The notes below the pieces were generated by a model. That model did no database searches. It had not been told where the DNA came from and was given only the letters and a program-made list of their open reading frames with translations. Of a stretch of 37,471 nucleotides of DNA, positions 1-7,988 are shown piece after piece. A program made the translations under genes and the position numbers. How positions within the stretch are numbered: the first letter of the stretch is position 1; each line of letters starts with the position of its first letter. This stretch comes from a virus (lineage: Duplodnaviria > Caudoviricetes), in the IMG/VR virus record IMGVR_UViG_3300032335_000770, positions 1 to 37,471 of that record; one strand, written 5' to 3'.

Positions 1-99
1 CCCACCCCTGTGCCCAGACCCCCAAAAGCCTCCAAATCGCCTTAAAACGCACAGAACGGCGTTTGGCGAGCCATCCAGAGCACGATGCGAACCGCGGTT

Positions 100-510
100 T
101 CACGTCCCTGCCTCCCGTTCCGGTTTGTCCGCTTCATCCGTCGCCTGCCGGTAATCGGTCATCAGCTGCGCCAAAGCCGGGAAGACAAGCCTGACCCGCT
201 CGATCTCGTGCGCCCATTCGTAATGCAGCGCCTGACGTGTTCGCCCGGTCTTCGCCGCCATCTCGCCGAACGACTGACGCACGGCCGACACATCGCCCGA
301 GCCCAGCCTGAGCGTGACCAGAAACATCGTGGGCGATAGGTCCGCCAACGTCCCGAGCCTACGGCATAGGTCCGCCGCGCTCGTCATTCGTAGCTCGTGC
401 AGCTCAACGAGCCTTTCCATGATCTCAGCCGATAGCCTTCCCGCTTCCGACCGTGCGCCGTCGTAAGACGCCTCGTAGGTCGCCGCGCGGTCGTATGTCG
501 CGGTAATCAC
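100..510 (-). CDS. HTH protein, possible sigma-region-4-like late transcription regulator
   Basis: 136 aa. Contains SFGEMAAKTGRTRQALHYEW, a helix-turn-helix-like segment. Last gene of the early arm; GTGA overlap with the upstream gene. Confidence 0.45.
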   Translation of the reverse strand: MITATYDRAATYEASYDGARSEAGRLSAEIMERLVELHELRMTSAADLCRRLGTLADLSPTMFLVTLRLGSGDVSAVRQSFGEMAAKTGRTRQALHYEWAHEIERVRLVFPALAQLMTDYRQATDEADKPEREAGT

Positions 511-779
511 GTCAGGTCACCAACCGGGTTGTGGATCAACTTCTTAAGCTCCGGCGAAATCTCAACGGCGTCAATGCCTTGGATGCCGAGTTGCCCGATG
601 CTCTCGCGCTGTTGCAGAATGAGAATCAGCGCTCGTATCTTTTTTATACGTTCGCCGTATTCGCGGGTGATCGTCTTCCGCTGCATCTCCAGCGTCGTGA
701 TGGCTCGCGCCGCCCTCGCAGAGAAGCGCAGAGCCTCAAGTTCTCGTTGATCTTGGTCGTGTGTTTGGGTCGTCGTCAT
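507..779 (-). CDS. hypothetical coiled-coil protein
   Basis: Likely start MTTTQTH (779) or MGQH (791). Stop overlaps the next start. Confidence 0.55.
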   Translation of the reverse strand: MTTTQTHDQDQRELEALRFSARAARAITTLEMQRKTITREYGERIKKIRALILILQQRESIGQLGIQGIDAVEISPELKKLIHNPVGDLT

Positions 780-820
780 GTGTTGCCCCATCGCTTTTGA
801 CGCATTGCGCTGCGAGTCAA

Positions 821-1702
821 TCACGAACGCGTTGCGATCTGCTCCGGCAGTCGGAAAATCACGGCCGAGCAAAGCTCGTTCAGCCGTCGCAGGATGTCAT
901 CGCCCAAGCACTCCTCGCCGAACCGTCCGCGCAGCTCCGCGCCTGTGAACCGCGTCGAGAGCACGATTGGCAAGCCGCGCCCGTAGCGCTTGTCTAGCAC
1001 CTCCCAGAGCAACGCGGCCATCGCCGGCGTGCTCTTCTCCTTCCCGAGGTCGTCAATCATGAGCACCGCGCAGCCGCAAAGCCATTCGACCTGCTCGATG
1101 TCGCGTGCGGCCTTGCTCAAAATTCGGCCCAGCTCAACCGCGTTGAGCGTCACCGGTGCCCGTCCCTCGCGTTCAAGCTCGCGAGCAAGCGCCCAGTATG
1201 CCGTCGTCTTGCCGCTGCCGCTCGGCCCTTTCATCGCGATGCCTTTGCCGTTGCTCGGACGCCACGCCTTAACCCGCTCGAACGCCTGCCTGTCCACGTT
1301 GGCCGGCAAAGCGCCAAAGATCGCCTCGCGGAGCTTGGCCGGGCAAGCCTCGTCCCATTTCGGCGTCGCGCTCGTCGCCATCTGCTCGTGCGCCGCCCCG
1401 TCGTAGTGAATCCTGACCAGCTCCATGCAGTCATCGCAGACCGAGACGGGCAGCGTGACCACCGACCCAAGCAGCTCGTGATGCGTCGGCGTCGCGTCGA
1501 GATGCTGAGCGCAGCCCCGGCAGACGGGTTGGCCGAATTCCCACTCTTCGCGGGTTCCCGAGCCCCAGGTGTTCGCCAGCCGGGTCTCCCAGCGCGTTCG
1601 CTGCGCCGGATTAAATTCGCACTTGAGCCCGGTCAGACGAGCGACGTTGCGCGCTTGGATTTCGCCGAATGGTGTTTCAGAGCGTTGTTCGACGGGATTC
1701 AT
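821..1702 (-). CDS. DnaC/IstB-like AAA+ helicase loader
   Basis: Walker A GPSGSGKT, Walker B LMIDDLGKE, later RRLNE motif, N-terminal CxxC pairs. Start at 1702 gives an ATGA overlap. Confidence 0.85.
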   Translation of the reverse strand: MNPVEQRSETPFGEIQARNVARLTGLKCEFNPAQRTRWETRLANTWGSGTREEWEFGQPVCRGCAQHLDATPTHHELLGSVVTLPVSVCDDCMELVRIHYDGAAHEQMATSATPKWDEACPAKLREAIFGALPANVDRQAFERVKAWRPSNGKGIAMKGPSGSGKTTAYWALARELEREGRAPVTLNAVELGRILSKAARDIEQVEWLCGCAVLMIDDLGKEKSTPAMAALLWEVLDKRYGRGLPIVLSTRFTGAELRGRFGEECLGDDILRRLNELCSAVIFRLPEQIATRS

Positions 1703-2517
1703 ACGCCACACATCCCTTCGCACTCGTTGAAAAACTTGAACTGGCCAGTGGCGTCGCTTTCGCTGAAATCAACCTCGCCAAGCGGCACGAGTGAGTCGTG
1801 AAGAAAAGGAATGGAGTCTAAGCGCCCGCGCCCGACCGGAGCGTGTAGGTCTTGCAGTTCCTTTTCAAACCTGACGGCGGCGGCAAAATCTTCGGGCGAA
1901 TCGTTCTTGAGCCTGCGCCACTCAACGTCCGAGTGGAACGGGCAGTAAGTGCACGCCGAGCGCGGAGGCGTCGGGAACCCTTTGTTTTTCATCCACCGAA
2001 AGCAGTCATGCCGTGTCATTTCTAGCTCGATGAGCGGCCAACGGTTTTGTGCCCAAGCCAGCCGGCTAGGCTTCATGCGCGAAACTTCGTCAAGGCTTAT
2101 GCCAATCCACGAAACGACGCCCGGTGTTTTTTGTCCTCTGGTGATTCCGGCCAACTCACGCATTTTCTTGAACATCGGTGCCAGCTTGAAATCTCGCGTG
2201 CAGGACCGGCCGACAATGCCCTTTGTCCCGTCAGGGTTCAGCGTAAATGCCGGAATGATTGAGCGAACGTATTCGTGTCCCTTCCTAGGGTTTGTTCGCA
2301 CCATTAGTGCTCCCTCCGTTAGACTGCCCGCCGTGACGCGGTAAACAGGGAATGGGAGCTGACCTTCCAACCAGTCCAGCCAGCGATAAACGCTTTGCGG
2401 CTCGGCCTGCGTGTCTGCAAAGATCGCTGCGACCGGCATCGGCGTGACCTCGCCCGCTGCGGCCATGAGCGCAAGCGTCGAGCTTTGCACGCCCGCCCCA
2501 AGCGATAAAATGTGCAT
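1699..2517 (-). CDS. PAPS-reductase-like / adenine nucleotide alpha-hydrolase family protein
   Basis: ILSLGAGVQSS PP-loop, FADT, WIGISLDE, SACTYCPF and C-terminal CEGMCGV. Alternative start at 2538. Confidence 0.75.
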   Translation of the reverse strand: MHILSLGAGVQSSTLALMAAAGEVTPMPVAAIFADTQAEPQSVYRWLDWLEGQLPFPVYRVTAGSLTEGALMVRTNPRKGHEYVRSIIPAFTLNPDGTKGIVGRSCTRDFKLAPMFKKMRELAGITRGQKTPGVVSWIGISLDEVSRMKPSRLAWAQNRWPLIELEMTRHDCFRWMKNKGFPTPPRSACTYCPFHSDVEWRRLKNDSPEDFAAAVRFEKELQDLHAPVGRGRLDSIPFLHDSLVPLGEVDFSESDATGQFKFFNECEGMCGV

Positions 2518-2521
2518 CGGT

Positions 2522-3370
2522 TCAGAGCGTGTATCCATGTGCGCGCGCCTCCAGTTCGTAGGTTGAGGTTCCGCCCGGCTTCTGACCCGAGTTGGTAAAC
2601 TGATTCGGCTTGTCGCAGAGCGCCCAGTTCTTTGCGAGAGCGTTCGGCGTGAGAACGCTTTCGCGCATGTGCGTCCGGTAGTTCTTCGCCCGGCGCGTGA
2701 TTTCGTCTGGGCATACGTCTGGGCAAACTCCGCGAATTTCTTCCAACGCTTTGCCGATGCCTGACCAAGCCGAGGCAACTACTTGCAGCGGGTCAGCGCC
2801 TCCGCAGCCGGCGAGAGCGTCCATGAGCAGATTGCGACCCGGCTTTGATTTTGCGGGTTTTTCAGGCGGAAGCCCCGGCAAATCGCCTTGCAGTTCCAAG
2901 GTAACGCCGGGAACCGGCCCCTCTGGTTTCCTTTCCCCTTCCATTCCTATTCCTATTCCTATTCCTTTCCCTTCCGTTGAAGCGTTTGCTTGCCCTTTTG
3001 GTTCGTTGTTTTGGTTGGAATTTGCTGCAAGTTTAGCTGATCTCGACTGACCAGATTTTAGTCCGCCGGTCTTGCCGATTTCTCGGCGTTCTCTGACTAT
3101 CATCTCCTTGTCCACCGGGTAGTTCCAGACCTCCAAAGAATCGCCTTTCCAGATCAAAAGAAGATTCGCTGAATCAACTTCGCGACGAGTAACGCCACAA
3201 GTTTGTTGCCATTGCCTGTCCTTCCAGCCTCGAGCGCTCTTAATCAGACCGCCGTTCTCTTGTTGGGCGCACCAGAGTATCACGTTGAGCCAAGCGGCTC
3301 GTGAGCGAGGCTCAGAGCCGATGTATTCGGTCGCGTGGAGCGTCGAGGTTTTAAGATTAAGCCATTCCAT
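2522..3370 (-). CDS. putative replication initiator protein
   Basis: N-terminal helical domain (WCAQQENGG), GKTGGLKSG and GKGIGIG linker typical of phage O-like initiators. Lies upstream of the DnaC-like gene. Confidence 0.6.
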   Translation of the reverse strand: MEWLNLKTSTLHATEYIGSEPRSRAAWLNVILWCAQQENGGLIKSARGWKDRQWQQTCGVTRREVDSANLLLIWKGDSLEVWNYPVDKEMIVRERREIGKTGGLKSGQSRSAKLAANSNQNNEPKGQANASTEGKGIGIGIGMEGERKPEGPVPGVTLELQGDLPGLPPEKPAKSKPGRNLLMDALAGCGGADPLQVVASAWSGIGKALEEIRGVCPDVCPDEITRRAKNYRTHMRESVLTPNALAKNWALCDKPNQFTNSGQKPGGTSTYELEARAHGYTL

Positions 3371-3794
3371 TTGCGGCCTTTTTCTGTCTCTCAAATTTTT
3401 GCCCAAACTCAATCGCATATTGAATCTCGTCATCGCCCATAACCTGTAGGCTTTTGCTCTCAGTATGTTGAACCAAAGATGTGACGAAATTTAACAAAGC
3501 GCGGTTGTCTTGGTTGTTTGGTAATTGGGAAAAAATCATCCCGAGTGCTCGCTTTGCGTCTTGTTCAAGTTCGCCGCGATCTTGGTGGCAGTCGCAGCAT
3601 AGGGTCATTAAAAACCGATCTTCTGTAAGCCAAGGGTCGCCCTTTGCGTAAAAGCAATGGTGGACCTGCAGGTTTTTCTTGCTGTCTCCGCAATCACGGC
3701 ACGCAAATTTGTCTCGCTGCATAACGCCAAGCCGTTTCTTTTGCCACCTGGGGTCGCGTAGTTTTTCGGAATAAATTGTTTGGGTCGTAGTCAT
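3357..3794 (-). CDS. HNH endonuclease
   Basis: PRWQKKRL..RDKFACRDCG..LQVHH..Y..LMTLCCDCH motif set. Confidence 0.85.
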   Translation of the reverse strand: MTTTQTIYSEKLRDPRWQKKRLGVMQRDKFACRDCGDSKKNLQVHHCFYAKGDPWLTEDRFLMTLCCDCHQDRGELEQDAKRALGMIFSQLPNNQDNRALLNFVTSLVQHTESKSLQVMGDDEIQYAIEFGQKFERQKKAANGMA

Positions 3795-3796
3795 AA

Positions 3797-3883
3797 TCAA
3801 AAAACATCCGCCAGCCCACGCGGTAGAAATTGGCGATGAAACACGCCTCGCGCAGACTGACGGATGTAATTTTTTGGTTCCAT
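3797..3883 (-). CDS. putative 28-aa leader peptide (MEPKNYIRQSARGVFHRQFLPRGLADVF)
   Basis: Read by hand. Spans the long hairpin and stops inside the U-tract, 2 nt before the HNH start. Confidence 0.3.
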   Translation of the reverse strand: MEPKNYIRQSARGVFHRQFLPRGLADVF

Positions 3884-3905
3884 ATCTTAGGCTTTCTACG
3901 GCCTA
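3799..3905 (-). promoter_or_regulatory. structured cis-regulatory RNA / attenuator-like terminator
   Basis: 18-bp stem (3805-3822 with 3849-3866; four G-U pairs that form only on the minus strand) followed by U6. An upstream 5-bp hairpin has a loop GUAGAAA complementary to UUUCUAC inside the large hairpin. Confidence 0.6.
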
Positions 3906-3934
3906 GTTGTTGTTTATCGTATCCGCTCCCCGCG

Positions 3935-4396
3935 TCAAGCCTCGCTCGCCTCGAATCGCTCGACGCTGAGGTAAACGCCGATCCTCGCGTCGGTGATCGC
4001 CCAGAATTTGTGCACGCTTAACTTCGCGACCTGCGAATCATCGCGCCAAATCCGCCCGCCCCGCGTGATGCGGTCCAGAACGAGCTTCGCCAAGTTGTCC
4101 GCGTCCGGCTTGCTGACGTGGCAGACCGGCGCGCTGGCCTTCACGTGTCCGCCCTTGCCGTAGTGCGACTTCGGCCGGCGGAAAAAGAACGTCAGCTTGC
4201 ACTCGAAGGCGCCGACCGGATCGACTGGAACCTCCGCCGCCTTTAGCTCGCGCTCGATCCCGAGGTCCACGGCGCGCTTCCAAGCGTCGGCCACGTCGCT
4301 GTCATACATCCGCGCAACGTGCTTTGCACCCATCTTGCGGGCAAAGGCTCGCGCTCGGGGTTGGCCTTTCGGATCTCCAAAGATAAAGGTGTTCAA
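3935..4396 (-). CDS. rusA: RusA-like Holliday junction resolvase
   Basis: PKGQPRAR, KPDADNLAKLVLD and WRDDSQV motifs. Confidence 0.88.
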   Translation of the reverse strand: MNTFIFGDPKGQPRARAFARKMGAKHVARMYDSDVADAWKRAVDLGIERELKAAEVPVDPVGAFECKLTFFFRRPKSHYGKGGHVKASAPVCHVSKPDADNLAKLVLDRITRGGRIWRDDSQVAKLSVHKFWAITDARIGVYLSVERFEASEA

Positions 4397-4608
4397 ACTG
4401 TCCTCCCCATTCGCCTGACGAGCAAATGGTCCCGCTCGGCCTGCGTGATGCGGTGCAGCGCCAAATTCATTCGCCGCGCCCTCGCGTGGACATTGCTCAG
4501 CGTCGCGCCGCGCAGGTTTCGGACGATCTCGCTAGGTGACTGCATTTCGAGCAGCCGCCGGTCGATCTCAGAGTTGGTTTTGTTGTGCTGGGATTTTGAT
4601 CTTACCAT
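4393..4608 (-). CDS. small HTH-like protein (GcrA-N-like)
   Basis: SPSEIVRNLRGATLSNVHARARRMNL. Start chosen at MVRSK. Confidence 0.5.
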   Translation of the reverse strand: MVRSKSQHNKTNSEIDRRLLEMQSPSEIVRNLRGATLSNVHARARRMNLALHRITQAERDHLLVRRMGRTV

Positions 4609-4798
4609 AAGGTGCCTTTCGTTTTTTGAACCGCCCGAGGTTGTCTCGGCCGGCCTGTGTTTTGCGTTCGTAAGCAAGGTAGTCGCTGACCCATTGCTCG
4701 TCTCGGCCTCGTCGTTTGCCGAGCGCGTGGCCGAGCCAAAAGCAAATTGCGCTAGTGCAGACTGAGGTCGCAACGGTGATGACGAATAGTTCTTTCAT
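4568..4798 (-). CDS. small membrane-anchored protein
   Basis: Hydrophobic N-terminus, RDNLGRF motif, ATGA overlap with the upstream gene. Confidence 0.55.
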   Translation of the reverse strand: MKELFVITVATSVCTSAICFWLGHALGKRRGRDEQWVSDYLAYERKTQAGRDNLGRFKKRKAPYGKIKIPAQQNQL

Positions 4799-4962
4799 AT
4801 TTCGCGGGTGATGCCGACAAGGGTCACGAGCCAATCCACTTCGGTTTCAAGTTCGTCAGCCGCGAGCAACGCCTCTTCGATCGTGCAGAACTTGATCGCG
4901 CTGATGGAGTGACCCGGCGCTCCGAGCGTGATTCTCCAGTTATATTTGAGGTTGGATTTCAT
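4795..4962 (-). CDS. hypothetical 55-aa protein (not in ORF track)
   Basis: MKSNLKYNWRITLG...VGITREI read by hand. ATGA overlaps at both ends. Confidence 0.65.
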   Translation of the reverse strand: MKSNLKYNWRITLGAPGHSISAIKFCTIEEALLAADELETEVDWLVTLVGITREI

Positions 4963-5786
4963 TTCGCATACCACGCCGGCAGTTTCAACTCATGGACGGT
5001 CGGCTCGATGTTCGGCCACTCGTTCGTTTCCAGACTGCGCTTGAGCCGCACCAGGTCTGCGATGTTCTCGTCTTGCCCTCGCGCAATCGCATCGTCGCTC
5101 AGCTTGTAAACTGCGACGCCGTAGGGCTCGCACTTTTCCACCGCCACGTAATACATCCGCGAGACCGGCCGCTGATAAATCTCGTTGATGAGCGGGAGAT
5201 AAAACCCCGCCTGCCGATGGTAGCCGTAGGAGAACGCCGCCCGCTCGAAGTTGCGGAACGCGTCGCTGTCGAGTGACTCAACGGTTTTAATGTCCAGCGC
5301 ATAGGGTTGAAACTCGCTGACTTCGCAGCCAAGCGAGCTGAACCAGTCCGTGCGGCATTGCAGCGCGCCGAGTGCGTTCGGCTGCTCCTTGCGCCACGTC
5401 ATCTCAGCGTGGCCGTCGTAGAGCAGTTGCGACGCGATTGGATGCGCCGCCACCGCCTCGCGCATTGCCACGACCTGAGCCATCTCGTCGGCGTCTAGCA
5501 GCGTCTTATCCGCGTGCTGAGCCGAGAACTCGGCGAACTGAATTTTGCCTTCCTTCGTGCGCCGGTCGCAGTCCGGCCGCAGAATGTAGCGCGACGCGAA
5601 TTCCTTTTCCTCCAAGATTGCGCAATGCACCGCCGAGCCGAGGCGAAACGCGCCCGTCTCTTCCGGCGGTGGCAATGTGCGGGCGACGTATTTCTTGAAG
5701 TAGAGCGCCGGCCTGCGCCGGTAGCACTCCAGCTTGCTGTGACTTATCGCCGGGTTCGCGTGGTATTGTTCGATGGTCTCGCTCAT
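4959..5786 (-). CDS. exodeoxyribonuclease VIII / RecE-like PD-(D/E)xK nuclease (DUF3799-like)
   Basis: YHANPAISHSKL, GSAVHCAILE, DRRTKEGK, CRTDW, DIKT and YGYHRQAGFY motifs. Confidence 0.88.
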   Translation of the reverse strand: MSETIEQYHANPAISHSKLECYRRRPALYFKKYVARTLPPPEETGAFRLGSAVHCAILEEKEFASRYILRPDCDRRTKEGKIQFAEFSAQHADKTLLDADEMAQVVAMREAVAAHPIASQLLYDGHAEMTWRKEQPNALGALQCRTDWFSSLGCEVSEFQPYALDIKTVESLDSDAFRNFERAAFSYGYHRQAGFYLPLINEIYQRPVSRMYYVAVEKCEPYGVAVYKLSDDAIARGQDENIADLVRLKRSLETNEWPNIEPTVHELKLPAWYAK

Positions 5787-6079
5787 TTGATTTCCTCCAA
5801 GCCCAGCTTCGATTGCAGCGGGTCGATCTCCGTCTCGCTCTCGTCCTTAAACCGGACCGACCAGCCGACTTTGACGCTGACCTTCGGAGCCATTGCGAGC
5901 GCATCCCACTCGACGGCGAACGTGGCTTTGGCCTTCGGCTCGGTCGCGTTTTCGTCCTCGATAAACGAGTCCTGCGCCGCCTTGCCGATGGAGTTGAAAT
6001 GCGTTTCGAGCAGGCTTCGGAACTGTTCCGTCGCCGCGTTGATAATTGCGTGTGCTTTGATTTCGTTGTCGTTGTTCAT
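5783..6079 (-). CDS. hypothetical protein
   Basis: ATGA-coupled on both sides. Confidence 0.65.
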   Translation of the reverse strand: MNNDNEIKAHAIINAATEQFRSLLETHFNSIGKAAQDSFIEDENATEPKAKATFAVEWDALAMAPKVSVKVGWSVRFKDESETEIDPLQSKLGLEEIK

Positions 6080-6291
6080 GTTACTTTCCTTCGTGAGTTC
6101 CAAAAATGCGCCGCGCCCTTTTCGATGTCGCGCCGGCCGATGAATCGCCCGCGACTGTCCACGGCGATGCCCATTTTGTTTCGGCTGTAGGTCGTTTCGT
6201 CCACGACCTGACGGCGCTTCGGTTTCGCGATCTCGACGTGCACGTCTTTGCGGCGGGTCGGAATTCCTGATGTTCTCTCGCGTGGTTTCAT
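6076..6291 (-). CDS. hypothetical basic protein
   Basis: TAATG overlap with the recT-like gene; DSRGRF motif. Confidence 0.55.
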   Translation of the reverse strand: MKPRERTSGIPTRRKDVHVEIAKPKRRQVVDETTYSRNKMGIAVDSRGRFIGRRDIEKGAAHFWNSRRKVT

Positions 6292-6935
6292 TAGTTGTTG
6301 ATCGCCTCGCTCAGTCCTGACGCGAGCTTCTCAGCCAGCGGCGTGACGTTGATCTCTGCGGGCAAGTCCCGCGCTTCTTCGGCGGTCCGCAGTCCCTTGA
6401 GGATGTCGCCGAACTGATCGCGGAGGAGAAAACCGCGTGCGCGGAATTTCATCATCCGCTTCGGATAGTCGCTCCACGGTCCGGCCTTGCCCCAAAGCTT
6501 GGCGGCCTTTGCGTCGCCCATCGTGAACGTCTCCGAGGCTGCATCGAAGCCCTTCCGCTGCACCGTCACGGTGAAGCCGTGGCTGTCTTTGCCCGGCTCG
6601 CCGACCTCGGTTTCCTTGTAGGAGACGAGCTGGCCGCTGGAGCGAACCAGCGCGAGCGCCGCGTCGCCGTAGATCGCCGGGCGACCGTTAATCACGGCCA
6701 TGTTTTGCAGCGCCGCCATCGGCGTCAGCCCGATCTCCATGCCGAACTGGATGGCGATCATGACCGACTCAGGCTTTTCCATCCCCTTCGGTGCCCAGCC
6801 CGATGCGACTACGGCGCGAGCGAAGCGGAAAGCCTCGTCGATGCTCTGCAATTGCACGCCGTGTTGGCCGAACTGAATCGGTGCTTTGGTGGCGGTCTCT
6901 GTGACCGCGATCTCTGTTTTTACGTTGGTGTCCAT
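6291..6935 (-). CDS. recT: RecT-like ssDNA annealing protein
   Basis: GMEIGLTPMAALQNMAVINGRPAIYGD, AKLWGKAGPWSDYPKRMMKFRA and FGDILKGL motifs. Linked to the ExoVIII-like gene. Confidence 0.8.
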   Translation of the reverse strand: MDTNVKTEIAVTETATKAPIQFGQHGVQLQSIDEAFRFARAVVASGWAPKGMEKPESVMIAIQFGMEIGLTPMAALQNMAVINGRPAIYGDAALALVRSSGQLVSYKETEVGEPGKDSHGFTVTVQRKGFDAASETFTMGDAKAAKLWGKAGPWSDYPKRMMKFRARGFLLRDQFGDILKGLRTAEEARDLPAEINVTPLAEKLASGLSEAINN

Positions 6936-6965
6936 GTTGTATCGTTGTGTGTGTTTCGTGTGTTG

Positions 6966-6995
6966 CCCTCCGGTCGTCGTTGGCCGGAGGGTTTT
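6966..6995. terminator. GC-rich hairpin in the recT leader
   Basis: ccctccgg...ccggaggg stem followed by tttt on the + strand. Function and strand unclear. Confidence 0.3.
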
Positions 6996-7082
6996 CCGTT
7001 TCGGGAAATAGTTGCTGGCGTATTTTCGCACCGCCACCAGCGGCGTCGTAGGGTTGGGTTTATGCTCGGAACCGCCGAGAAG

Positions 7083-7259
7083 TTAGCCGGAGCCGGAGCC
7101 GTCGCCTAAGCCGGAGCCGGAGCCGTCGCCGCTGCCTAAGCCGGAGCCGTAGCCGCTGCCGGAGCCGGAGCCGTAGCCGGAGCCGTAGCCGCTGCCGGAG
7201 CCGGAGCCGTAGCCGGAGCCGTCGCCGCTGCCGGAGCCGGATATTTTCTGGGTGCTCAT
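7083..7259 (-). CDS. Gly/Ser-rich low-complexity 58-aa protein
   Basis: MSTQKISGSGSGDGSGYGSG... ATGA-coupled to the upstream gene. Confidence 0.65.
   Translation of the reverse strand: MSTQKISGSGSGDGSGYGSGSGSGYGSGYGSGSGSGYGSGLGSGDGSGSGLGDGSGSG
7086..7240. repeat. imperfect hexamer tandem repeat (gccgga/gccgta/gccgct)
   Basis: Directly visible; encodes Gly-X dipeptides. Confidence 0.9.
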
Positions 7260-7543
7260 TCGGCCCAGACCTTTACGGCATCCAGCGACGCCTTTGCTTT
7301 TGCGCTCAAAGGCAAAATTTCGATTGCTTCCAGCAAAGTGACTTCCGAGACGGCGCACGGAAATTTGCACTCATTTGGTTTGCTTGTCCCGTCAACAGAA
7401 AGTTGCGAGAGCGTAGCCGCCCCGGCCCAGTAGTAAATGCGACGAGCGTTGGTCAATACGACCTCGCGGCCTTTGCGTGATTTAAGAACGCCAGCGAAAA
7501 CGCCAGCGGAGTATGTTCGGACAATTACGTTTTGTTTTTTCAT
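7256..7543 (-). CDS. DUF6948-like phage protein
   Basis: VIVRTYSAGVFAG..VVLTNARRIYYWAGAATLSQL..EIL pattern. This family is typically followed by a Gly-rich ORF. Confidence 0.7.
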   Translation of the reverse strand: MKKQNVIVRTYSAGVFAGVLKSRKGREVVLTNARRIYYWAGAATLSQLSVDGTSKPNECKFPCAVSEVTLLEAIEILPLSAKAKASLDAVKVWAE

Positions 7544-7567
7544 GTGTGTTTTGTTTCCTGACAAAGA

Positions 7568-7984
7568 TCAGAATGGCACTTCCTCGCCCGCGCCTTCGCT
7601 GGCAAGCTCGGAGGTCTTGCTTGCCGTGACTTGCGTTGCTCCCGTCTTGCGCTGATGCCAGAGCGTGCGGCACGCGTTGAGGAGCTGCACGTCGGCCTCG
7701 CGTGGCGCGAATGGCGTCCCGTCCTTCTTGAGCTGCGCCGGACGATCGGTGCCATACCAGAGGAGTTGCTTGTCGCTGAGTGACGAGAGCGGCACGCCAG
7801 CGTTTTTGCCGAAGTGGACTTGCACCGAGCCCGCGTCCGCAATTGCAATCGCTGGCAGTGGCAGAGTGTCCGGCGTCGCGGTTGTTGCGGTTGCGGTTGC
7901 TTGCGCCGTGCGCGGCTTTGCTTCGAGAGCGGCGCGGATGGCGCGAAGCTCGGTTAGAAGTTCGAGGTGTTGTTCGGTGGTCAT
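7568..7984 (-). CDS. DUF3820-like (FGK motif) protein with SSB-like acidic C-terminus
   Basis: HFGKNAGVPLSSLSDKQLLWY; ends in GEEVPF. Confidence 0.55.
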   Translation of the reverse strand: MTTEQHLELLTELRAIRAALEAKPRTAQATATATTATPDTLPLPAIAIADAGSVQVHFGKNAGVPLSSLSDKQLLWYGTDRPAQLKKDGTPFAPREADVQLLNACRTLWHQRKTGATQVTASKTSELASEGAGEEVPF

Positions 7985-7988
7985 AAAG

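Noticed and set aside
1-99. cos/pac site or terminal repeat at the window ends
   Set aside because: No repeat between the two ends and no recognisable cos sequence could be supported by eye.
2930-3030. ttccta repeats in the initiator gene as replication iterons
   Set aside because: They are explained by the GIGIGIG linker. No clear longer iteron set was visible, though an origin here is not excluded.
7086-7240. Tandem repeat as a CRISPR array
   Set aside because: Hexamer coding repeat with no unique spacers.
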